Below the pieces are notes generated by a model. That model had not been told where the DNA came from. It was given only the letters and a program-made list of their open reading frames with translations, and ran no database searches. A stretch of 64,000 nt of DNA from Eukaryota sp. TZLM1-RC (Eukaryota > Protista > Metamonada: BaSk clade), in NCBI GenBank assembly GCA_040285825.1, contig JAUPSS010000001.1:2542001-2606000 (forward strand). Reading direction: 5' to 3'. Position 1 is the stretch's first letter; the number at the start of each line of letters is the position of its first letter. The translations under genes were made by a program, and so were the position numbers. Shown here one piece after another: positions 53,701-63,060 of the stretch.

Positions 53701-54877
53701 ACATTGTGCCAGCTCTTATTGTGGAAGGATCAAGTGAATTATCTAAAATATTTGGTAAAATTTCAGGAATTGACATGGACTGAGTCAAAGAAAACACCAC
53801 CGTATCAGAAACTAGTCCACATAGGTCAAGAGTCAAAGCTTTTCCTTCACTAAATTGACCTAGGACCAAAGAAAGAAGTTTAGGCGTAGAGAATACGACT
53901 CCCAAACAATGAATGACCACACTGGTCTGAGCAAAGGAGTGTCTGCTGTTGAGTAATCCTTTAGTGATAGAAAGAAGAAACAAACACTCAGTTGGGACTA
54001 GATAGAGGTAATCACTCAAAGTAACTGCAACTACTCTCAAAAGGGAAACTACTGTCGAATGTTTAGTTTTGTTTCGGAAGGTGTGGATAGCTAAGGGACA
54101 AAGAGAAGATTTGAGTAAATCTAAAAGGCAATCATTTGATTGAAAGGTTTTGGGGTTTGTCAAACAAGCTTCGTACATTGTGAAACCTATCAAACTGGGA
54201 AAGGAACTGGGAAGGAATGACGTCATGGCAGTCAGTTTGGGGGAATCTGATTGAATTTCCTGATTAATGAGCCAATCAAGAGGCTGATTTTGACACAAAC
54301 TGATTATATCCTTAAATAAATCGGGTAAATAACTGCCGTGACCCCCAAACACGTAGTGGATAACGTCAACAAGACCAGAAACAGCAAGACTACCCACCAA
54401 AGATGATTTTGAAACAGAATACCTCAAAAAAATGCATAAAGCCAGACCAATATGGTAAGGGTCAACGGTCTTCCTCACAAGACACGTGACCAGCTTTACT
54501 ATTCTTGACGGAATCGCATCATCAGAGGTTGTATCTGCTGAGAAATGAACAAGTGTAACTACTTTGTTAAGTAGAGTGGAAAACAAAGGTGGTGGTTCTG
54601 GATGTGAAAACTGAGGTAAAAGTTGGGTGAGCGCAGAGAGAGAACGTAGAGATACATGGTGGTTGGATTTATCAATTGATAGCAGAAGAGGTCTGGTTAC
54701 ATCTGGGGAAAGAAGACATTGTGTGGAAAACTGTGCCGGGTCTACATGTTCATTGGAAATGAGACGAGTGTGCATGATGGCAAGTTCAGCAGATTCCTTA
54801 TGAACTTGAGACCTACCATCAGCTGCAAGTTCTTGTAATGTGTGTTGTAGTAAAAGGGGTAAAGACTGTGGAGCCAT
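50756..54877 (-). CDS. MON2: MON2-like (Sec7-related HEAT) trafficking protein
   Basis: N-terminal DCB-like LQELAADGR...KESAELAI...PLLLSI; C-terminal LIETNHLEIRKSVSKIL; no Sec7 catalytic motif seen. Divergent. Confidence 0.65.
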   Translation of the reverse strand: MAPQSLPLLLQHTLQELAADGRSQVHKESAELAIMHTRLISNEHVDPAQFSTQCLLSPDVTRPLLLSIDKSNHHVSLRSLSALTQLLPQFSHPEPPPLFSTLLNKVVTLVHFSADTTSDDAIPSRIVKLVTCLVRKTVDPYHIGLALCIFLRYSVSKSSLVGSLAVSGLVDVIHYVFGGHGSYLPDLFKDIISLCQNQPLDWLINQEIQSDSPKLTAMTSFLPSSFPSLIGFTMYEACLTNPKTFQSNDCLLDLLKSSLCPLAIHTFRNKTKHSTVVSLLRVVAVTLSDYLYLVPTECLFLLSITKGLLNSRHSFAQTSVVIHCLGVVFSTPKLLSLVLGQFSEGKALTLDLCGLVSDTVVFSLTQSMSIPEILPNILDNSLDPSTIRAGTMLIVSLRFLIGVVESLCVLISNQSLYDIQFVNNLGSIIFDGLITCASIPSLSTQIIAAVKALFHCSKVLSLGELGKKTLNCLIQCSEKGNVVACSAVFHSVFALYNLMGNSLFEWRLVLRMVIGIYELRYHSNLISNTRIMENAISLIELIPKLPNDVLSCCLAGLTVELPKNSSLKFLNKISEEIIKDHDKFYLFWLTFSPFIKELLDSEMKTDAVDLVLRLLKTFLTKSRDFDCQSHQLAFSDFNSLLPEVSDLLPLVCVFPLSPANNGDKIDPIDRESCSNWLGLLSQSSNHQNLGDLFSKYSNIPEEQIISGSVFLILSDLFCSSFKFLSPLLIDFINDLSFSVSPLLNTLFYLSHNFIDSNPSFESLDCFCKLLECISSNLSKTILFSQCHLENYLLILQSTSTYSITTPNLVSIGLKTVGLSMAFGELIHEKADELQDFPKVFDLLMTIVSKIAVYDLNSEVSSSALSVFFILITSNSDLIGFNHWKNTLFPILVNVLTLFSSESPEIHSDQVYESIVKSLATSLVSVFQNFGNIWEDFYLSEERIIVDTFSELVVKFFSYQLSNCSDNVFRCLIKNVFDIIQYGSLKGSFSCKVSGILLNFEPVMTSWSNFRSSSHSLRLSSLVECSSVLTAACQNDSFLSAQKDDESQENSPDLLLSLSFSVILQVLRFNSPDMPILSIRQGILGYFQKLYHCVLIFKESQLNFDNLFNEFIKFFDLFSQSGGENSILSDNVIEEFLKVLSANWNFALSESKMEKFIALFSKIRSNLNIFKSNSTLSGPLVNAFFNVINQVLIDDVDNIEVWRTICDIVQDLLFQSKPNQSIPADLVKLPQFILTDLYFKAPPNIQVHLLSLMQESILNVKGFSHKLDHFCSFEVVKSAINCLFSGNHSKTIISCSRRLFSAFYNDSLRAGQLPLQRELSHTVLLMLQGILEMEKDEFFPVFEAVSSEIIDLIETNHLEIRKSVSKILRQVHGK

Positions 54878-54902
54878 TGGATTGACGATTTATACTGCCT
54901 GC

Positions 54903-55021
54903 TGGAAATGCATTCTCTATCTGAAATGTCAATTTCCAATACTTCAACCACATCCACTTGTTTAAACTTAACCATTCGGAGATGATTGGCTTAGGTCAAA
55001 ATACGTTGGATTTGAAGACTC
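54903..55021 (-). ncRNA. Candidate omegaRNA of the second Fanzor family (second copy)
   Basis: Same layout as 46977-47131: CTTCAAA..ACGTATT, an imperfect long stem, TTGAA, then a terminal hairpin TGGAAAT/ATTTCCA containing ATGCATTTC. Confidence 0.55.
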
Positions 55022-55535
55022 TTATTGAGGTCTTCTCAAAGCTAGGGGTCTAGTGTTCAAAAAGTATTCGCGTACTGCAATCTCCCACTGGTTTCTCGAT
55101 GCAGAGATATCTCTTGACCAAACCATCCCACATTCTGGACATGCAAAATAGGCTTTAGACTTTTTCATTTCTCCATTCTCTATGAAGTAAAGGTCTTCAC
55201 GCAAAACTTTGCAACAGTTCATTTTGGATGATGTTTAATCTTCATCGCCATCCTTTACGGTTGGAAATCGAGCCTTGAGATACTTCAGAAAACGCTTTCT
55301 TGGTGTTTTCACTCTTTGACGGGATGTTCCATCACCTCCTTTCCCAAACCAAATAATCACTTCACGATTTTCAGCCATGTTTTTGATTTTCTGGACAAAA
55401 TGGCTGAATTTCTTTTGGCGATGGATAAAAAAGTCGAAGCGATTACGGCGAACAGCTTTTCTTTTTCCTTGACGTAGATAGTGGTCCAATACACTTTGTC
55501 TTTCAGTGTTGTCTCTTTGAGGATTCATATTAAGC
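55022..55535 (-). pseudogene. Fanzor1-type C-terminal fragment, paralogue of 47132-47650, with in-frame TAA at 55235
   Basis: IWFGKGGDGTSRQRVKT, GDED*TSSKMNCC, CPECGMVWSRDISAS, RPLALRRPQ. Confidence 0.85.
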
Positions 55536-55719
55536 CACACACAAATTTCCAAAAACATAAAACATCAGCAAAATGATAAATAAACACTATACTACGTGAT
55601 ACTCAATTCTACCTCAATTATTTTCTTTCTTGAAAAGGTTACAGTTGCAGAAGTTGTCTTAGCATATGGTAGTAAACTAAGAAATCCACCTCGAGATTGA
55701 TTCTTATTTTTTTTGTATA

Positions 55720-55995
55720 ATATTTATTGAACTTGCACCCTCAATAAAATTAATTCATAACTAATGGGATGAAATTTATTGAACCAAGATTTCCTCTACA
55801 TAATCTTGATCTGCTTGCTGTCTAGCTAAAGCTTCTCTAATTCGATTGAAAAACCGAGGTAATCTATTAAAAATTGGCAAATTGAATTTGAGAGCGCCAT
55901 GAAAAAATATCAAATTTTTTCATTGTTTTTTCTTGAACATTTTTTTGAAAATCATTAAAAAAATTTCTGCTTCTACTGATAGTCTTCCGTTTACC
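55720..55995 (-). mobile_element. CRE-like 3' fragment, inverted relative to 56608-56880
   Basis: Reverse complement matches 56608-56880, including the block CCTCGGTTTTTCAATCGAATTAGAGAAGCTTTAGCTAGACAGCAAGCAGAT. Confidence 0.85.
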
Positions 55996-56023
55996 GGCTG
56001 TTTTAAATCAAGATCTTCACTCA

Positions 56024-56880
56024 TTGTTATTGGAAAAGGGTGTTAGTGAAAACAAGTCATCAGATTCTTCACTTTTTGTAACCATTGTACCACGAAGATT
56101 TGGATTGTGTGCCACTAATGAAGCATTTGTAACAAAAATGAGATTATATTTGAATATCCCCATTAATCAATTATTATCAAAAGAAAAATGTATTTGTTCG
56201 AATTCACCTCAACTCACTTTGCGCCATGCTCTGAATTGCTCTAAATTGATAACTTATCGTTCTTCATTACATGATGCTGTTAGAGACACTGTTTTTAATA
56301 TGGCACGAACTGCAAGAATTTTGTGTATCAAAGAGCCTCTGCTGAAAGAAACATTGTCATTGAAGAACTTTGGTTTTGATGATAGAGGTGATGTATACTG
56401 TGATTGGATTGATAAATCTGAAGCTGTTGTTAACTCTGTCTCCTGTAATGTTGCAAATGGCACTTTGGTTCACAGAAGAAAACTTAACCCCGTAAGTGCT
56501 CTTGAATTTAAAGCTATAGAAAAACATAGAAATTATGACAAAGATATCGAAGAAGCTACTACTGATAGAAATACACAGCTAGTTTTTATTACTTTTCCAT
56601 TTTCGATAAACGGATGACTATCAGTAGAAGCAGGAACTTGTTTGAATGATTTCCAAAAAATGGTTCAAGAAAAAACAATGAAAAAATTAAATATCTTGTC
56701 ATGGCGCTCTCGAATTCAATTTGCCATTATTAATAAATTACCTCGGTTTTTCAATCGAATTAGAGAAGCTTTAGCTAGACAGCAAGCAGATTAAAATTTT
56801 GTAGAGGAAATCTTGGTTCAATGAATTTCGTCCCAATAGTTATGAGTCCATTTTATCAAGTGGGTAGGTTTAATAAAAGT
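56024..56880 (+). mobile_element. CRE-like non-LTR 3' fragment
   Basis: CICSNSPQLTLRHALNC, HDAVRD, EPLL, RGD, FPFSING*; in-frame TGA at 56615. Confidence 0.85.
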
Positions 56881-56938
56881 ATTTATTACTATCTCTTGCA
56901 ACTGTTTTTCACTACCTACACTCATCCCGCATCCCACA

Positions 56939-58429
56939 ATGACCGAGAATGAACAGGTCTTTATTCAGTTTGTTTCAGAAGACAATGTTCCGACAGGTAC
57001 ACCCTTACAGATACCTCTTTCAATCGAAACTGGCAATCTCTGTGAAATACTTAATAGTCTACTTGAGTCCCAGGACCCTGCCACATATCAGTTCCTTGTA
57101 AACGATGTACCTGTTGTCAATCGTCTGTCCTCCCATCCAGCTGTATCTTCGTTATCTACTCAGGAAACAACTCTTCATATCAAATATCGTCCTGAGGCTT
57201 CCTTTTATGTGAGGCCCGTCACTCGATGTGCTGCGTCACTTCCCGGTCACTCGGAAGCCGTTCTTGATGTCGCCTTCTCTCCATGCGGTTCGTACCTTGC
57301 TTCTGGTTCTGGTGATACCTCTGTTAGACTATGGGACCTTCACACCAATACGCCAATTGTTACTCTAACTGGACATACGCATTGGGTATTTGTGGTTTCT
57401 TTTAGTCCTGATTCAAGGTTCATAGCGTCTGCTGGGATGGATAAATCTGTTAGAATATGGGAACTCAAAAACATCACGTCATCAGCTCAAAAGTCCACAT
57501 CATCAATCATTTCCAGACCGCTTCGGGGTCACACCAAGCCAATTACCTCTTTAACTTGGCAACCCTTTCACTTGACAACTAATGGGACCAGCCTACTGGC
57601 TTCTGCTTCAAAAGATACAACTATAAAAATCTGGAATATTGCCACTATGGCTTGCGTCAACACTTTGTGTGGTCATTCTTCTACCATTACTCAAGTTCGC
57701 TGGTCCGGGTCTAATTTAATAATTTCAGCTTCTCAAGATAGAACTATCAAAATTTGGAATCCAATCAAGGGGATGCTGATTAGATCGCTTTCTGGCCATG
57801 GCCATTGGGTTAATAGAATGGCCCTGAGTACTGATTTTGCTTTGAAAACTTCTTACTTTAACCATTTGGGTGCTGGTGCTTTTGTTGATAAATCACTAGA
57901 AGAATTAATACAGCAAGCAAAAGATAAATACACTGAATCACTAAAATCTTCAAACGGAAAAGAATTGCTGGTTACTGGTTCTGATGACTTTACTCTCTGT
58001 TTATGGGACTTTGAATCTTCCAAGCAAATGATCACCCGAATGACTGGACATCAACAGCTGGTAAATGATGTTGCTTTCTCTCCAGACGGCAGGTTCATTG
58101 TTTCTGCCAGTTTTGATAAGAGTTTAAGATTGTGGAGTAACCAAGGTAACTTTATCTCTACTCTCAGAGGTCATGTAGGTGCTGTCTATAGAGTGGCTTG
58201 GTCCTGTGATTCCAGAATGTTTATCTCAGCCTCCAAGGATTCTACACTTAAAGTCTGGGATGTTTCCAAGGCTCATAATATAGTTGGGAAAGGAGGAAGG
58301 CCTGTGAAAGATTCAATGAAGGGTGATTTACCAGGACATGCTGATGAGGTGTACGCTCTTGATTGGGGGCTTCAAGGGTTTGTTGCAAGTGGTAGTAAAG
58401 ATAGATTAGTAAAGATTTGGAGGCATTGA
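56939..58429 (+). CDS. NLE1: Notchless / Rsa4 ribosome assembly WD40 protein
   Basis: N-terminal NLE ubiquitin-like domain; RPVTRCAASLPGHSEAVL, RMTGHQQLVN, DLPGHADEVYALDW. Confidence 0.96.
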   Translation: MTENEQVFIQFVSEDNVPTGTPLQIPLSIETGNLCEILNSLLESQDPATYQFLVNDVPVVNRLSSHPAVSSLSTQETTLHIKYRPEASFYVRPVTRCAASLPGHSEAVLDVAFSPCGSYLASGSGDTSVRLWDLHTNTPIVTLTGHTHWVFVVSFSPDSRFIASAGMDKSVRIWELKNITSSAQKSTSSIISRPLRGHTKPITSLTWQPFHLTTNGTSLLASASKDTTIKIWNIATMACVNTLCGHSSTITQVRWSGSNLIISASQDRTIKIWNPIKGMLIRSLSGHGHWVNRMALSTDFALKTSYFNHLGAGAFVDKSLEELIQQAKDKYTESLKSSNGKELLVTGSDDFTLCLWDFESSKQMITRMTGHQQLVNDVAFSPDGRFIVSASFDKSLRLWSNQGNFISTLRGHVGAVYRVAWSCDSRMFISASKDSTLKVWDVSKAHNIVGKGGRPVKDSMKGDLPGHADEVYALDWGLQGFVASGSKDRLVKIWRH

Positions 58430-58510
58430 GTTAGTTTTTAGTTTTATTAGTTTTATGAAAATTTATTTAATGGGTTTATATACAATATAAAAAGCAATCT
58501 TGAACTAAAA

Positions 58511-59596
58511 CTACTTGAGTTGAACACAGCGAACACCTTCTCCCTGGAAAATTGGTTTAAAGCACTGAGAACAATTCTTACAAAAGGCAAGCTGCTCAGG
58601 ATCTTCCTTCCAAATCTTGACCAGATGTGGTTCAGGAATAAGAGCTCTACCTACAGACACCATATCAACTCCTGCTTCAAGGCAACGTTCTGCTCCCTTG
58701 CCAGATCTAATGCCACCAACTACAGCAACAATAGTATCTAGATTGGCTTGTTTAAGTGCGTTCTTAATAGCAAGGGCATCATCCAGGTGATATCCTTCAC
58801 TATCACCTTCAAACTTTCCTCTCCTGATGGGGGTTTCTGTTGATTTACTGATGCCAGTGCCACCAGAAACTTCAATGAAATCACATCCATTCTGGACCAA
58901 AGCCTTTGAGATTTCGATTCCTTCCTCAATAGTATTACCACCTTCTAATCTATCTACAGGAGAAAGCTTTACACCAACAGGGATGGAAACAGCTTGTTTG
59001 ATAGCCTGAAGGACCTTGATCGGATACCTGAGTCGATTCTCCAATGAACCGCCAAACTCATCAGTACGGTGGTTAAGCGCAGGAGAGAGGAATTGGTTAA
59101 GCAAATATCCATGGGCGAAATGAAGTTGAATAAAATCTACTCCAGCATCTGCAGCTCTCTTTGCGGCAGAGACAAAATCATCTAGAATAGAGTCCATGTC
59201 TTCCTTCGTAGCGGCACGACAAGCAGGAGCTTTGGGGAAGTCATGGTCGGATGGCCCGATGGGATCACAATTGTACGTGTGGCGACCTGCATGAGCAAGT
59301 TGGATAGCACATTTAGAATTATATTTGTGGATGACATCGACTATTTGACGAATACCTTCAGTATGATCATCAGAGAATAGTGAGATCTGTCGGGGACCAA
59401 GAGCCCCACTTGCACTTACAGAGGTGGCAGAGATGATTATGAGTCCAACATCGCCCTTGGCAAGTTCCTCATACAAATTGATGAGTTCAGGAGTGACTTT
59501 CAAGGTATCAGGATCACTCATGCCCTCCCAAAGTGCCGATTTCATCACCCTATTGGGTACATTGACGCCTGAGATGTTGATAGGATTGAACAACAT
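58511..59596 (-). CDS. NADH:flavin oxidoreductase / Old Yellow Enzyme-like FMN protein with C-terminal CxxCxxC..C motif
   Basis: NRVMKSA, QLAHAGR, QLHFAHGYLLNQFLSP, RTDEFGGSLENRLR, VGGIR, CKNCSQC...C. Confidence 0.93.
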   Translation of the reverse strand: MLFNPINISGVNVPNRVMKSALWEGMSDPDTLKVTPELINLYEELAKGDVGLIIISATSVSASGALGPRQISLFSDDHTEGIRQIVDVIHKYNSKCAIQLAHAGRHTYNCDPIGPSDHDFPKAPACRAATKEDMDSILDDFVSAAKRAADAGVDFIQLHFAHGYLLNQFLSPALNHRTDEFGGSLENRLRYPIKVLQAIKQAVSIPVGVKLSPVDRLEGGNTIEEGIEISKALVQNGCDFIEVSGGTGISKSTETPIRRGKFEGDSEGYHLDDALAIKNALKQANLDTIVAVVGGIRSGKGAERCLEAGVDMVSVGRALIPEPHLVKIWKEDPEQLAFCKNCSQCFKPIFQGEGVRCVQLK

Positions 59597-59809
59597 GAGG
59601 GATTTGTGGAATTACAGGTTACATTTTGTTGTATCGTAATTGATACATGTAATTACGTCATTCCACATGTTTTATGAAACATGATTTGGCATCGTATAAT
59701 TCAATTAAGAATCATCATTCACTTTGCTTATGGATATTGTTGTGTGTGCTGTCATTCATTCAAACCACAGTTTTTGAAAACACTTTGACAAAAACACAGT
59801 AATCACTTT

Positions 59810-60111
59810 TTTTTCAATTTATTTATTTTTAAAATTGGAATAATTATTGAGATAAAAAAACCCATCTAGAATTCAATATCCTCCAAACAAGCGTCACTAT
59901 TACAGAACCTACTCACAGCATTACGTTCATATTCTACACCAATAGCTAAAAGTGCCTTTGAAATCATTGTTGGAATAGACTTGAAAATGCAAAAAACAAT
60001 TCCATTTAACCAGAAAGTGGAGTTCATTGTTTTACTAGACCTAACACTTCAGTAACACTTTTTTGAAATTTTCAAAAAGCGCAACCCTGAAGGTCCAATA
60101 TTGCCAAAAGA
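59810..60111 (-). mobile_element. CRE-like 3' fragment, near-identical to 36428-36710
   Basis: Reverse complement aligns over ~280 bp. Confidence 0.85.
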
Positions 60112-60129
60112 TAAATTGCAAACGGCACA

Positions 60130-60775
60130 GTAATCACTTGAATTTTTGTTATGTCGGATTGGAATTTTAGCTGTTTGAATAAAAATGAAACTTGTTTGTT
60201 CCACAATGAAATGTGACTGTATACATTTTGAGATCAATAAATGATCAAACTCTTGAGAACACTATTTGATAGAGTTGCACGCAACGTCATTTCCACAACG
60301 GCATCGCCTGGTAAATCACGCACCTCACCTTTTTCACCTTATTTTGATAGTTTCACAACAATGTTAAAATAAACTATCTGTCAATAAGTTCTATTTAAAC
60401 TGAAATACTATACTAAAATAAATATAACACCTAAGAAAATTCATTCCAGTCTGACCAATATTAACAAAATTCGAAAAGGTAAAAGGAACGACAGAACACT
60501 TAAAGTCAAGATTCTTAATTAAATCATTCAATAACTAAGCATCTTTGTTTCGTTAAGGAACCTCAGCTTTGTCCAAGTGGCCATTGAAAGCAACGAAGAC
60601 ATCATCACGATAAATTAAAACAAAAAGGTTAACAGTAGTAAAATCAAATCACTTATCTTATCTTATGGTGGAAAATCCATCTTGAATTTTACAAAAACCG
60701 ATTGAAGAGCTAAACCAAAGTACAATGGGCCCAAAGTATCTCCCTGCATGACACCTCTAGATGAAGAAATGTGTT
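60130..60775 (-). mobile_element. Degenerate non-LTR RT fragment
   Basis: ISSSRGVMQGDTLGPLYFGLALQSV and RDDVF on the minus strand. Confidence 0.65.
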
Positions 60776-60779
60776 AGCC

Positions 60780-63060
60780 TTGAATAACATTTACACCTTA
60801 TTGTTATATTAGTTTAGAATAGTTTATGTAGTTTTAGTTTATTTTAGTTTAATGTGCAATTGCGCTTTAGCGCTTAAGTCGAAGAAAACCCTTTTGCCTT
60901 TGTAATAAGTTACTTTGCTTTTAGCTATACTATGTTTAACCTTCGTGGATCATCAATAGCTATTGAACTCACTTCGTTGGGTTCGAAGAACACTTACGAG
61001 CCTGGTAGGACTGATCTTCGTCCAGTTCAAAATATAAGTTCCTCCTCTCGAACTCCTCAGTCGGGAAGGCAATACCCCTCTTCAACTGGGACCGAGCGAA
61101 GTTATGCATCCCCTCCTGCTACGTTGACGCGTCTTTCCGGAGATACCTTCACACAATTCAGTTCTACGAGTTCTTCCTCCCAAACTCCTCAATTGAGAAC
61201 AGAACCTCCCTCTGCTGTTGAAAAAAGTATTACTTCTTCTCACCAACGGAGTCAGGACACTACGCCATCTTTGGATGTGCCTGTAGTTCCTATTAATCTC
61301 CATCTTCTCCTTGACAAGGAACTTGTTTTTTTGCCCCTTTCTTTTCTTCCCCCGGGATCCGAGGAAAAAAGATGAGGATCCCATGAAAGGGTTCCAAGAT
61401 TTTGATACTTTAGATAAATATCTGAAGTACATTATAGAGGGGACCGACCCTGACTCAGCCAGCTATTAGATTTCTGACTTGCTGAAGGGTGAGCTTGTAA
61501 AACCATCCTTTTCTTGCATAGTTTGCGCTCCGGTTGTGTTTTTCACTCCTTCTTTGGAATTTTCTCAGGAAGAAATATAACCTCCTCCTTCTTCGGAAGT
61601 TTTTGGAAAAACTCAGCAACCGCCTTCTATTCCTTTTTGGGAAGTCCCTGCAGAATATTCGCAACAAACCACTTAGCCAATGGTAGAGACTCCTTCTTCT
61701 TTTGAAATTGCTGCTATGGAGGTTTTTTCTTTAGGAAACCACCCCAGTCCAAGCGTATCTGCTTCTTCTTCGGAAGTTTCTGTCAGGGTACTTTTTCTAG
61801 TCTTTGGTCAGACTCCTCAGTAACGCCAACAGACTCCCTTCATTTCTCTTTTTGAGCAGATAGTTTGCGCCTCCAGCCAAATACCTATCAATAGCCCAGA
61901 AAACAGCAGGATTCGGACACTTTTTTTGCAAGAAATCAACCTATGTCTGATATTCAATGACAATATATCAATATGGGAATTGAAATCTGGTAAAGACGCT
62001 TCTATTCCAGTGAATGAATTGATTGCTGAACTTCAAAGCTTTTGGGAACCCGAAGTTACCAATGCTTATGGAAAAAAGAATAGAAGAAGGTTTTGACCAT
62101 ATATTCCCACTGAAGAAGTAGATAACCACACTGTGAGATTCGATCCACAACTATCCATCGTTGGCAGAATGCTGACTTCTGCAAACTCGTTCTCATTCAA
62201 TGAATCACTCATAGTACATGTTTTGAGAAAAATTATATTCAAATGAAGGGTGAAGTCGATAACGCATTCAGGTTGCACCCCTTTTTGAATATTGCACCTT
62301 GCTGACAAAATTTGAAATATCAAGATAACTGATTCATATACACATACATTTTTATTGAGGTATTAACTCACTAGGATTAAACAGCATTAAAGAATCGAAC
62401 CTATTGATAATCAAAATCAATGTGATTTCTCATTTTTCTTGAAGTGAGGAAATGGCAAACATTGTTTCAAAAGTTTGGAATCAATTTCGGGTGGTTCTGA
62501 AGATGAGAAGCAGCATGCATTGATGATTGAGAGTGTTCACCAAAGGTATCTTCAGAGTCATAAAAAGGGGAGTTACGACGTGATGTCTCAGAAAAGGTTT
62601 CCTGACTAGGCTTAGGAAGAGTGTGAAAAGCTTCTCAGGGTGAAGAGGCAATTAGCGTGTCAGACATTTATCAGTGAGATTTTATTGACACTTCACATTC
62701 TTAACAACACAAAACAACAAAAGATAAAGGATAACGAGGTAACGGACTCAGTTCCCACCTCCTCATCCAGCCTGTTCTTCACAAAAAAGCAAAGTTCTGC
62801 ATGCTGAACTCTTCAATCGGGAACGGTCGTCCTGAATTGTAGAAATCAACAGAAGGTAAGAGCCTCAGTTTCCAAACGGAATCGTCATTCTGCCTTCCGT
62901 GGGGGGTAGAGTATTGCACTTCTTTGTGTCATGATGTGAGGGCTGTGGGTGCTGTGGAATCAGCCATGTTTTATAGTCAATTTAGATAGGTGCTGTGTTA
63001 TTGTTTGTCGTGTGTTTTGAGTTGTTATTTTGATGTTGTTGAGTTTGTTGATTATGTTTA
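60780..63060 (+). mobile_element. Possible heavily decayed gag-like or LTR retroelement relic
   Basis: Ser/Thr/Pro-rich broken ORFs, a PPT-like GGGGGGTAGAG near 62900, and T/G-rich flanks. No diagnostic motif. Confidence 0.25.
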
